From: a bacterium
GTDB lineage: Archaea > Nanobdellota > Nanobdellia > SCGC-AAA011-G17 > GW2011-AR17
NCBI GenBank assembly: GCA_030697685.1
Contig: JAUYPF010000035.1
Span: forward strand, 1 to 53,456
Length of the DNA stretch: 53,456 bases
Direction: 5' to 3'
Positions within the stretch are counted from its first letter, which is position 1; each line of letters begins with the position of its first letter. Below the pieces are notes generated by a model. That model searched no databases, had not been told where the DNA came from, and saw only the letters and a program-made list of their open reading frames with translations. Positions 9,624 to 19,486 of the stretch are shown here, one piece after another. The position numbers and the translations under genes are program-made.

Positions 9624-10247
9624 ATGGCATCAAGAGTAGAAGAATTATCCAGAGCAGCAAAAAAACTCTCTCCAGAGGATAGAGAAAGGTTAGCAAGAGA
9701 ACTAACAAGAACACTAACACAAAAAGTATCTCAAGCATTTAATTGGACAAGAGACCCTTTTACTGTGGCAGAAGATCTTTGCGGCGCTGTTCTAAAAAGC
9801 AACATACTCTCTGAAGAAGAATATAGAATCACAGATGTTCGTGCTTGGAGAGAAATGGATGCAAAAAGAGCAGGGATATATGATATTGTTCATAGAGAAG
9901 CAGGAACAATACATGCATTTCCTTTGAGAAGATACAAGCCAAGAGCTGAAAACGAAGAAAAAGCCCAGCCATATCACATTTTGTCTATCATTACAAATTC
10001 CCCTGCATATCCAATAGGTCTTATAACACTAAATGGAATAGTATTAGGAAAAGAAAGAATTTCTGCAACAGATATTTGGGAGAGATTAAATATTCCAGAA
10101 AGTGACATCATGAACATTCCATTTTCAGAAAGAGTAAAGATAGAACTACCAGATCTAAGAACACAAAACCTAAGAAGTACATATGAACTAAAAGAATTCT
10201 CTAATCTGAAAGTAAAAGGATATAAGATCACTTTACATTCTCTATAA
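9624..10247 (+). CDS. AAG/MPG (3-methyladenine DNA glycosylase)-like protein, probably catalytically altered, with an N-terminal helical extension
   Basis: FNWTRDPFTVAEDLCGAVL...YRITDVRAW...AGTIHAF...LSIITNSPAYPIGLITL follows the AAG pattern FFxRDxxxVARDLLGxxL...GRIVETEAY...PGxxYVY...LNVVT...AAVLIR; SD GAGGAG. Confidence 0.55.
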   Translation: MASRVEELSRAAKKLSPEDRERLARELTRTLTQKVSQAFNWTRDPFTVAEDLCGAVLKSNILSEEEYRITDVRAWREMDAKRAGIYDIVHREAGTIHAFPLRRYKPRAENEEKAQPYHILSIITNSPAYPIGLITLNGIVLGKERISATDIWERLNIPESDIMNIPFSERVKIELPDLRTQNLRSTYELKEFSNLKVKGYKITLHSL

Positions 10248-10334
10248 ATATCCAATATTGTAACCCCTTATAAGCAATAGAAATAACAAAATTAAATACA
10301 AAAGCATTTAAACAATAACTAAAATTTTACAGCT

Positions 10335-10745
10335 ATGCCATTAGAAGCAAAAGTAGACGGTAAAGCAATAGAATATACACCCAGTCCTATACAAACACTT
10401 TTTGAACGCCTTAGTTATAATCCTGAAAGAAATTTCTATACCAGAAGATTAGAAAATAATACTTTAGTAAGAATTTCTCCATCATATTATCACAGAGATA
10501 TATTCAAATATAAAGCTACAATATCTAATGATCTAAGAAATATTGGTGTAAGACTTTCAGAACCTCTTAGAGAATATTTAACAATTCATACCCAAAAAGA
10601 AAAAGAAATTATTGTTGAAAGAGATATGAAAAAAGGAAGTATACTTGTCAAACAAAACATCAAAAAAGAGAGATTCACAAGTAGAAGAATTTTTACATTT
10701 GATGATGATGTTGAATTAGAAAGATATGTGAGAGGTTTACTTTAA
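10335..10745 (+). CDS. Hypothetical protein
   Basis: 136-aa ORF preceded by BRE/TATA-like AAAGCATTTAAA. Confidence 0.65.
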   Translation: MPLEAKVDGKAIEYTPSPIQTLFERLSYNPERNFYTRRLENNTLVRISPSYYHRDIFKYKATISNDLRNIGVRLSEPLREYLTIHTQKEKEIIVERDMKKGSILVKQNIKKERFTSRRIFTFDDDVELERYVRGLL

Positions 10746-10746
10746 C

Positions 10747-11100
10747 ATGTATCCATTCAGAGACGCTATTTTAGAAACAATAAACGAACAAAAAAGTGGT
10801 ATTCTCTTTGGCCTAGCAACAATAGGAATAAGCGCAGCTTTAGGGGCATATTTATTCCCAAGAGAAGTCTCTAATATTGGAATTTATGATAAAGATCTTG
10901 ATGGATATGTTGATGTTATAGAAGATAAAAATTGGAAGATTATTCTCACGAATGATAGTAAAAATCTTATACAAGAAGAGAACAGAGATTTTCTATATAT
11001 CACCTGTTATTACTCTGAAACTATTTCTATGAAGAACATTGGGACAGAATTTGCACAAAGAGTAAGGCCATATTTAGAAGACTGCCTTAAAAAATATTAA
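10747..11100 (+). CDS. Single-TM membrane protein with a DxDxDG Ca-binding-like loop
   Basis: ILFGLATIGISAALGAYLF followed by DKDLDGYVD. Confidence 0.6.
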   Translation: MYPFRDAILETINEQKSGILFGLATIGISAALGAYLFPREVSNIGIYDKDLDGYVDVIEDKNWKIILTNDSKNLIQEENRDFLYITCYYSETISMKNIGTEFAQRVRPYLEDCLKKY

Positions 11101-12266
11101 TTTTTTTCTAAATCAGCAATATCAATCAAAGTTTTTGTATCATAGCCCATAGAATCTAATAAATTACAAGGATGTATGCAATCACAGGCTTTCGTTTTCT
11201 TCCGCATATCATCTGCATCTTGTGATTTCCAAAGCGCAGCAAAATTCATATCAAAATCATTCAAGTTTGCAAAAGGCCGCGTTGGCTCACACACAGAAAC
11301 GCCACCATTTGGATAGATAACACCAAAAGTCTTTCCTGCAGTGCAAGTAACAACCCGTTTTTCAGTTGCAAGCATTTGTATAGAATATTTCCATTTCAAT
11401 TTCTGAAAATTCTGCCATATCTTATCTCTATGTGTTTCAACTTCTTTTAATAACAAAGTATCATATAACTCTTGCAATTTTTCAACTGCTACAGATTCAG
11501 TCTTTCCTACTTCACCATCAAGATGACTAACAACATCTTTTGGAACTCTATAGGTTCCTAAATGCGCACCCCTAAGAATATTAAACTTATGCATGACTTC
11601 AGGAAATTTTGTTTTTATTTCTCCCACAAAAACAGGAAGTAAATCATAATTTGCAGTACAAATAGTTGTCATCACAGAAACTTCTAATTTTTTTGTAGTT
11701 TTTCGTAACTCAAGCAATTGTTTCAAAGTCTCTGAAGCTCTTTGATAACATTTAGGAATTCTTCTGAATTTATCATGCATTTCTTCAGGACCATCTAAAG
11801 AAACCTGCACATGAAAATATAAATCAGGGCACTCCGCAAGAATCTTTTTGGTCATAGCCAAAATTCTTTCAGTAGTCATTCCATTCGTAGGAGTAGTAAT
11901 TCTTCGTGTTCCATTAATTGTATGAAAAGCAATAATAATCTCATCAAGATCTTTTCGTAAATAAGGTTCTCCACCTGTAAGCATAAGCGTTCGCAAAGGA
12001 TGCTTCAAAGTTTTCGCAATTCTTCTCATATCATCTAAACTAAGTTCTGGTTTTCCAGTATTCAATTCTTCCCAATAAAAACAATGATCACATTTTGCAT
12101 TACAATAATTTGTCACATACAAAGTCATATTTATAGGCGTCTGTAATTTCTGCATTTGTACAACTCTAATTTTATTTGCTGCACGAATACCAGCATCACG
12201 CAAAGGCTTTGGTAAAGAACCTAAAGTACGAAAACCAATCTCTTCTATCTTTGTTGCTATAGCCAT
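11097..12266 (-). CDS. Radical SAM protein with SPASM/twitch domain
   Basis: CNAKCDHC, LTGGEP, SLDG, CTAG...YPNGGVSVCE, CDCIHPC. Confidence 0.92.
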   Translation of the reverse strand: MAIATKIEEIGFRTLGSLPKPLRDAGIRAANKIRVVQMQKLQTPINMTLYVTNYCNAKCDHCFYWEELNTGKPELSLDDMRRIAKTLKHPLRTLMLTGGEPYLRKDLDEIIIAFHTINGTRRITTPTNGMTTERILAMTKKILAECPDLYFHVQVSLDGPEEMHDKFRRIPKCYQRASETLKQLLELRKTTKKLEVSVMTTICTANYDLLPVFVGEIKTKFPEVMHKFNILRGAHLGTYRVPKDVVSHLDGEVGKTESVAVEKLQELYDTLLLKEVETHRDKIWQNFQKLKWKYSIQMLATEKRVVTCTAGKTFGVIYPNGGVSVCEPTRPFANLNDFDMNFAALWKSQDADDMRKKTKACDCIHPCNLLDSMGYDTKTLIDIADLEKN

Positions 12267-13252
12267 CTTTTTCTCGTCTCTTTCAAATAATCTTTCCTTT
12301 TAAATCTTATGTACATGGTCTCTGAAAAAAAAGCAAAATTATAGAAGTATGCTTTTACAAGTGAATATGCATAATCCAAACCAACAATCAAAAATTTAGA
12401 AGTGTTACTAGATTCTTGTACTTTCTTCTCTTGTGCAGAAACCCACTTTATCACATCTTTATTATTTTGTTTTAGCTCTCGAAATTTCTTTGGACTAAAT
12501 GCATAATAAACATCAAGAAGAGGTAAAAAAGGAATAAGAACAAAAGGATAATTCTTCAAGAATATTTTTATTCTATTCTTATGAAAAACATAGAACACAC
12601 TCTTTCTTCCTTTATCAGAAACATAATGGTATACTAAACATCTCGAATCAACAACACTCTGCAATCCCATTTGTCTCAATTTATATCCTATTTCTTTATC
12701 CTCACCTGCATACATAATAGAAGTATCAAAGCCACCGCATGCTTCAAGATCTTTTTTTCGCATCATACAATTACACGTTGCAATATAACCACAAGGATAT
12801 AATTGATAATCATCTGTCTCCATAATATAAGTAGATGTTTCACAATTTCCAGTAATTTCTTTCCTTTTTGTAATCACACCATTATCTACTTTATATGCTT
12901 CTCCACCCAAGGCACCAATCTCTGGATGCTCTTGAAGAATCTTTACCATATTTGAAATAACAGAATTATGAACCATTTCAATATCTGAATCAAGAAAATG
13001 CACATAGCTCCCAGTAGAAAGTATCACTCCTTGATTTTTTGCAATACTAACTCCAAGATTTTCTTTATTCCTATGCAAGCGCACAGAAGGAAAAGACTTC
13101 TCCACCAATCCCACAGAACCATCTGTACTTCCATTATCAATAACAATCACTTCAAAGTTTTTATAGTCCTGTTTCTCTACACTCTTCAAAGTTCTTCGTA
13201 AATCTTCTTTCCTATTCCATGAAGCAATAATGACTGAAACGTGAGGAAACAT
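12257..13252 (-). CDS. GT2 family glycosyltransferase
   Basis: VSVIIASWN, VIDNGSTDGS, FLDSD, GGFD...AGEDKEI. Confidence 0.93.
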   Translation of the reverse strand: MFPHVSVIIASWNRKEDLRRTLKSVEKQDYKNFEVIVIDNGSTDGSVGLVEKSFPSVRLHRNKENLGVSIAKNQGVILSTGSYVHFLDSDIEMVHNSVISNMVKILQEHPEIGALGGEAYKVDNGVITKRKEITGNCETSTYIMETDDYQLYPCGYIATCNCMMRKKDLEACGGFDTSIMYAGEDKEIGYKLRQMGLQSVVDSRCLVYHYVSDKGRKSVFYVFHKNRIKIFLKNYPFVLIPFLPLLDVYYAFSPKKFRELKQNNKDVIKWVSAQEKKVQESSNTSKFLIVGLDYAYSLVKAYFYNFAFFSETMYIRFKRKDYLKETRKRWL

Positions 13253-13306
13253 AAAGAAAAAAAAATAAGAATGTTTAAATAGTTTAGGTATAAAAATTCA
13301 AAAAAT

Positions 13307-13588
13307 ATGGTGCAAACAAAATACCAACTAATTACAGAAAAACCTAAAACCACATCCAATTCAATGGGTATCTTTTATATGGGTAGTATTGGCAGATATA
13401 TGTTGGATTTTAGATAACCTACAATATTTGATGAGTTTAGAGAAGAAAGAATAACCTCAGATTTAGGAAGCACACACTCTAACTTAGAAAATCCAACAAG
13501 AATTCCAGCATATCTCTACCATGGAATAGTCTCTGCAGCACCAATAGCATATGGTATCTACAAAGGACAAGAATATCTTCTACAATAA
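13307..13588 (+). pseudogene. Probable small gene interrupted by one in-frame TAA
   Basis: ATG 13307, TAA 13415-13417, then the same frame stays open to TAA 13586-13588, filling the intergenic gap. Confidence 0.4.
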
Positions 13589-13620
13589 GCCTTAAATAGA
13601 TTCTATTTATTCCTTTCTCT

Positions 13621-14502
13621 ATGTCCTATATAAAAATGCAAGTATTTGATCTTGGTGGCACCTGGATTCGCGCTGCAAATATTTCTAATGAAGGAAAGTT
13701 TGGTTCAATTATAAAAGAACCTACAGAAGAGGATTTCATAGGGCAAATAAAAAAAATCTCAGGACAACTAACACTTTCAACTGAAGAAAGAAACCATCTC
13801 GATTACATTGTAGTTGCCACACCTGGGCCAGTAAGAGATGGAATGCTTTTATCTGCACCACCATTGGGATTGAAAAACTCTCTTGACCTCAAAAAAGAAT
13901 TAGCTTCTTTGGTAACAGGAAAATCTACAGAAATAATTGTAGAAAATGATTTGAATGCTGCAGTATTAGCAGAACTTCACGAAGGTTATGGTAAACAATG
14001 GAACAATTTTTATTTACTAACTTTAAGCACAGGGATTGGCGCAGGGATTGTACTAAATGGAAAATCAGTAAAAGGTGGAGAATTTGGGCATAGCCCAATA
14101 AACCCATTAGAATATCCAGATCAAAGATGTAGTTGTGGAAGAACAAATTGTTGGAGTGCATACGCAAGTGGAAAAGGAATTGAATCACTCATCAAAAAAA
14201 TATACCCTAAATATGAAACAATAGAAGAAGTTTGTAAAGCCTACAAAAAAGAAGAAGCTGCAAGAACAATTATAAACATTGCAAATAATGCAAATGCACA
14301 AGGTCTAGCAATGATGATAAATGCTTTAGAAGTAGAAGGAATTGTGATCATGGGGTCTCTTGGATTACATCAATATAATCTTCTTATCCCTTCAAATATA
14401 GAAATAGAAGAATATGCAATAAATTCTATTCCAGAAATAGTCAAAACAAAACTTGGAGATACGATTGGCCTTTTAGGAGCATATTATAGAGCAATATCAT
14501 GA
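13621..14502 (+). CDS. ROK family sugar kinase
   Basis: DLGGT, ENDLNAA, STGIGAG, GEFGH, CSCG..NC..AYASG. Confidence 0.93.
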   Translation: MSYIKMQVFDLGGTWIRAANISNEGKFGSIIKEPTEEDFIGQIKKISGQLTLSTEERNHLDYIVVATPGPVRDGMLLSAPPLGLKNSLDLKKELASLVTGKSTEIIVENDLNAAVLAELHEGYGKQWNNFYLLTLSTGIGAGIVLNGKSVKGGEFGHSPINPLEYPDQRCSCGRTNCWSAYASGKGIESLIKKIYPKYETIEEVCKAYKKEEAARTIINIANNANAQGLAMMINALEVEGIVIMGSLGLHQYNLLIPSNIEIEEYAINSIPEIVKTKLGDTIGLLGAYYRAIS

Positions 14503-15251
14503 ACAAACTTATCATAAACGCAGATGATTTCGGTTACACAAAAGAAGTCAACTTAGGAATTCTTGATGCGCATCGTTTTGGCACAGTAACTTCAGCAACC
14601 ATTATGACAAACCAAAATTTTTTTGATCATGCAATTGGCATCTATCCTAAATCTCTTGGTATTGGAGTTCATCTAAATCTCACCTGGGGAAATTCCTTAT
14701 TCAATGGAAAACCTTTCAATAGATTCAATAAATACAAAATTATTCTGGGTATTATAGATGCAGAATTTGTAGAAAATGAATTTCGCAAACAAATAGAAAA
14801 GCTTCTTGAAGTAGGAATACGCCCAGATCATTTAGACACACATCATCATATGCATGCATTCCAACCAGTGACAAATGCAATTATAAAACTTGCACAAGAA
14901 TATCATATTTATAAAATTCGCTGGCCAAAAGAAAAAGGAAAAAAAATCCTTCTACAAACATCTTATATTAAACAAAAATTTATCAATAATAATCTAAAAA
15001 ATTGCCCAATAAAAACAACAGACCATTTTTATGGTATACTACATACAGGCTCTCCAAAGATGAAACACTTTATCTCTTATCTAAACTTTGAAGGAAGCGC
15101 AGAAATTTGTTGTCATCCAGGAAAAAAATCTTTAGTTCAAGACAAACTCTGGAAAACCAGAGAAAAAGAATTAAATATTCTAACCAATGATATTTTTTTT
15201 AATAAAATAAAAGAAAAAGATATTCAACTCATCACATTCAAGGAGCTTTAA
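14499..15251 (+). CDS. YdjC/ChbG/HpnK family carbohydrate deacetylase
   Basis: LIINADDFG, GVHLNLT, HLDTHHHMH, EICCHPG. Confidence 0.92.
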   Translation: MNKLIINADDFGYTKEVNLGILDAHRFGTVTSATIMTNQNFFDHAIGIYPKSLGIGVHLNLTWGNSLFNGKPFNRFNKYKIILGIIDAEFVENEFRKQIEKLLEVGIRPDHLDTHHHMHAFQPVTNAIIKLAQEYHIYKIRWPKEKGKKILLQTSYIKQKFINNNLKNCPIKTTDHFYGILHTGSPKMKHFISYLNFEGSAEICCHPGKKSLVQDKLWKTREKELNILTNDIFFNKIKEKDIQLITFKEL

Positions 15252-15253
15252 AT

Positions 15254-16399
15254 ATGCGTATCGCCATGCCTTGTGAAAATCTCAGTACAAACGTTTACTT
15301 GAGAGCTTATCCATTTGCAAAGCTAATGTCAGAAGATCATGATGTAACAGTTCTTGGTCCCATAGAAAAAAAAGGCCTCTTCCTTCCAATAAAAAATGAT
15401 CTCAGTATCAAATATTCTCCAATACCAAAAAAATACTTCCTCCCATGTTATTTGCAAAATCAAAAAGAAATCTACAAGCAACTTAACGATGCAGAACTCA
15501 TCCACGCATTCAAAGTCACTGCATGGAGCTACCTTCCATCATTACTCCAAAAAATAAAAAATAAAAAGAAAATTGTTCTTGACATAGACGATTGGGAAAG
15601 CCAATATATCCTAGACTACTACCTCAAACCTAACCCAATAAAATTAGCACAATTCACTTTCGTTGATGCATACACGCCAGAGTCTTATTTTATAAAAAAA
15701 ATTCTTGAAACACAAATAAAAAAAGCAGACGCAGTAATTACCAGCTCTAAAACTTTACAAAAAATGTTTGGAGGAACGTGGATTCCGACTGGCCCTAATA
15801 CAGACTATTTCAACCCAGAGAATTTTTCAGGAAAAAATATACGAAAAGAATTTCATATTGAAGACAAAACAATTATCCTCTTCATGGGCACACCAAAGAA
15901 ACACAAAGGTGTTGATGAACTCATTCAAGCAGTACAAGAACTAAAAGTGCAGAATGAATCAATCCACTTACTCATTGTAGGTGCAGAAAAAGATAATCCT
16001 TATGTCCAAACATTAAAAACAAATAAAGATATAACTCTAGTAGCTTACAGAGAGCACAAAGAAATGCCAGACTTTCTCGCAGCAGCAGACATAGTCTGCA
16101 TTCCTCACAAAAATAATAAATCTGCAAATGCACAACTTCCTATAAAAATATTCGAACCAATGGCAATGGAAAAACCAGTCATCACCACAGACACCACAGA
16201 CATGAAAGAAATTTTCCAAGACTGTGGCCAAATCATCAAACCTGATTCAGTGCCAGCACTCAAAGAATCTATTCTCACCTATCTCGATGATAAATCCTTA
16301 AGAATCAAGCATGGAAAACAAGCAAGGCAAGAATGTATAGAAAAATATTCATGGAAGATCATGAAAAAGAAAACACAACTAGTATATGATTCACTTTAA
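15254..16399 (+). CDS. GT4 family (GT-B) glycosyltransferase
   Basis: FMGTPKKHKGV, PIKIFEPMAMEKPVITT, YSW near the C-terminus. Confidence 0.92.
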   Translation: MRIAMPCENLSTNVYLRAYPFAKLMSEDHDVTVLGPIEKKGLFLPIKNDLSIKYSPIPKKYFLPCYLQNQKEIYKQLNDAELIHAFKVTAWSYLPSLLQKIKNKKKIVLDIDDWESQYILDYYLKPNPIKLAQFTFVDAYTPESYFIKKILETQIKKADAVITSSKTLQKMFGGTWIPTGPNTDYFNPENFSGKNIRKEFHIEDKTIILFMGTPKKHKGVDELIQAVQELKVQNESIHLLIVGAEKDNPYVQTLKTNKDITLVAYREHKEMPDFLAAADIVCIPHKNNKSANAQLPIKIFEPMAMEKPVITTDTTDMKEIFQDCGQIIKPDSVPALKESILTYLDDKSLRIKHGKQARQECIEKYSWKIMKKKTQLVYDSL

Positions 16400-16771
16400 A
16401 TTATTAATTAATTTCTTAATTTCATCTAAATCTTTTTGTATATTTTGTATTTCTCTTTCTGCTTTTCTATTCACATCATAATCATATTTCGCATGTAATC
16501 TATCTCTTTGTGCTTCCCTATTTTGGCTCATAAGAATAATCGGTGCTTGTATAGCCGCAAGCGTAGAAAGAATAAGATTTAATAAAATAAAAGGATAAAT
16601 ATCCCAATGATAAAAATATGCAAAAAAATTCAAGCTCATCCAAATAAAAAGAAATAGAAAAAAGAGAAAGATAAAAGTCCAGCTTCCAGCAAAAGAAGTC
16701 AGCTTATCTGAATATCGTTCACCAAAACTTAATCGATGATGTGGATACTTCTGTAATTTTTTTTTCACCAC
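16391..16771 (-). CDS. DUF1003 family membrane protein
   Basis: FAGSWTFI...DIYPFILLNL.LS.LAAIQAPIILMSQNR; start codon uncertain (GTG). Confidence 0.85.
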   Translation of the reverse strand: MVKKKLQKYPHHRLSFGERYSDKLTSFAGSWTFIFLFFLFLFIWMSLNFFAYFYHWDIYPFILLNLILSTLAAIQAPIILMSQNREAQRDRLHAKYDYDVNRKAEREIQNIQKDLDEIKKLINNLK

Positions 16772-16816
16772 TTTAAAAGATGCATAGGAGAACAAGCTTA
16801 TAAATATTTCCTACAC

Positions 16817-16839
16817 AAAACCGAAAATCTTCCGGAAAA
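16817..16839 (+). promoter_or_regulatory. Quasi-palindromic operator-like site, copy 1
   Basis: AAAACCGAAAATCTTCCGGAAAA, 13 nt upstream of TTTTTAAA (16853-16860); 21/23 match to the reverse complement of copy 2. Confidence 0.5.
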
Positions 16840-16882
16840 AATGCCTAAAGCTTTTTTAAAACAATATTCCTAAAAAAGTTCT

Positions 16883-17374
16883 ATGAAAAGCATCCAAGAG
16901 AAACAAATAGACGCAGAACAAAAATTTAAAGAATTCTTAGACAAACAAAATATGCCTTATTGGTACATAAACCAAGATATTGAAACCTTTTCACCAGCCT
17001 TAAAAAGACTTCAAGTACAAAGACCAGACTTTTTCATTCTCATTCCTAACTTCGGCTTCATCCTAGTGGATGTGGAACATAATATTCCTTTAGAGAAATA
17101 CAATAAATTCTGTATCTCAGAACCAGAAACATTTCGTTATAACAATCTACAAAAATATTTTAATATGCAAGTATGGTATGCATTTTCTAATGAGAAAATA
17201 CATTATACTACATGGTATTTCATACCTGTTGGAAAAGTTTTAGAACTAAGAAAACAATTTCTGGTAAGAGACAAGCATTATATTTCAGCCCCTATAAATG
17301 CATTCACGCAAATAGCAGGCTCAGAAAAGATTACAAAACTATTCAACAATGAAAATTTCCCACAAACTATATAA
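16883..17374 (+). CDS. PD-(D/E)XK nuclease-fold protein
   Basis: N-terminal AEQKF helix, RPDFFI...LVDVEH (E where the catalytic K is expected). Confidence 0.55.
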   Translation: MKSIQEKQIDAEQKFKEFLDKQNMPYWYINQDIETFSPALKRLQVQRPDFFILIPNFGFILVDVEHNIPLEKYNKFCISEPETFRYNNLQKYFNMQVWYAFSNEKIHYTTWYFIPVGKVLELRKQFLVRDKHYISAPINAFTQIAGSEKITKLFNNENFPQTI

Positions 17375-17400
17375 ACAAGAAGAAAATCCAAATTTTCATT

Positions 17401-17505
17401 ATGAAGAGAAGTTCACGAAGATGGAAAAAAAAAGGCCAGATGAGATGGAAATGGCAACGTAAACGAATGCGAAAAGAAAAAGCAAAACGTGCGCAGAAAA
17501 AATAA
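17401..17505 (+). CDS. rpl41e: Ribosomal protein eL41 (eS32), archaeal long form
   Basis: MKRSSRRWKKKGQMRWKWQRKRMRKEKAKRAQKK matches the archaeal L41e pattern WKKKGxMRWKW; below the ORF-track size cutoff. Confidence 0.88.
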   Translation: MKRSSRRWKKKGQMRWKWQRKRMRKEKAKRAQKK

Positions 17506-17516
17506 GTCTTCGTAAC

Positions 17517-17531
17517 AAAAGCTTTATATAG
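17517..17531 (+). promoter_or_regulatory. rRNA operon promoter (BRE/TATA)
   Basis: AAAAGCTTTATATAG upstream of the leader and processing stem. Confidence 0.65.
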
Positions 17532-17597
17532 AGCCTCTTTTTAAAAGAGCATGTGATTCATTTCACGATGATGAGTACTTGATTAAATAATCAAGTA

Positions 17598-17630
17598 TGA
17601 GGTATGGATACGAGCAGAGCTTAGTAGAAA
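17598..17630 (+). repeat. 16S processing stem, 5' arm (pairs with about 19197-19228; BHB/BHL-like motif)
   Basis: TGAGGTATGGA/TCCATACCTCA, GAGC/GCTT 4-bp helix, AGA bulge, GCTTAGTA/TACTAAGC. Confidence 0.8.
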
Positions 17631-17694
17631 CAAATAAAATAAGTGTGCATAAATTAATCCTTTAAGTAAATTAATATTCTTGCGCTAAAAAATT

Positions 17695-19166
<1,472 letters not shown>

Positions 19167-19239
19167 TTTATTTTAATCTAAAAAATTAAAATTTAATTTT
19201 TACTAAGCGCTTAAAAATCCATACCTCAATCATATTTAT

Positions 19240-19347
19240 GGGCCCGTAGCTCAGCCTGGTAGAGCACCTGCCTTGCAAGTAGGGGGCCTCGGGTTCGAAA
19301 GTGAATCCCCAATATTAAGAGGATCCTCGGAAGTCCCGACGGGTCCA
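19240..19347 (+). tRNA. tRNA-Ala(TGC) with a 34-nt intron (19300-19333) at position 59/60
   Basis: GGGCCCG/CGGGTCC acceptor stem, CT-TGC-AA loop; BHB with TTCG/CGGA helix and AAA, AGT bulges; splicing restores TTCGAAT. Confidence 0.92.
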
Positions 19348-19457
19348 TATCATAGTCACCATTTGACAAATATAATGCGGCGCATTTCTAAAAAGAAATG
19401 TGCTAAGGGTACTTAACCTCTTGAAACCCAAGAGAGAAATCATATTCAACAATTAGT

Positions 19458-19478
19458 ACCATGCATAGGTAAGAAGGA
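19458..19478 (+). repeat. 23S processing stem, 5' arm (perfect 21-bp inverted repeat with 22406-22426)
   Basis: ACCATGCATAGGTAAGAAGGA / TCCTTCTTACCTATGCATGGT. Confidence 0.85.
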
Positions 19479-19486
19479 AATTTAAA

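Noticed and set aside
729-11100. Integrated element or provirus at tRNA-Glu
   Set aside because: No integrase, capsid or replication gene recognised, and I found no duplicated tRNA 3' end (att site) in the window
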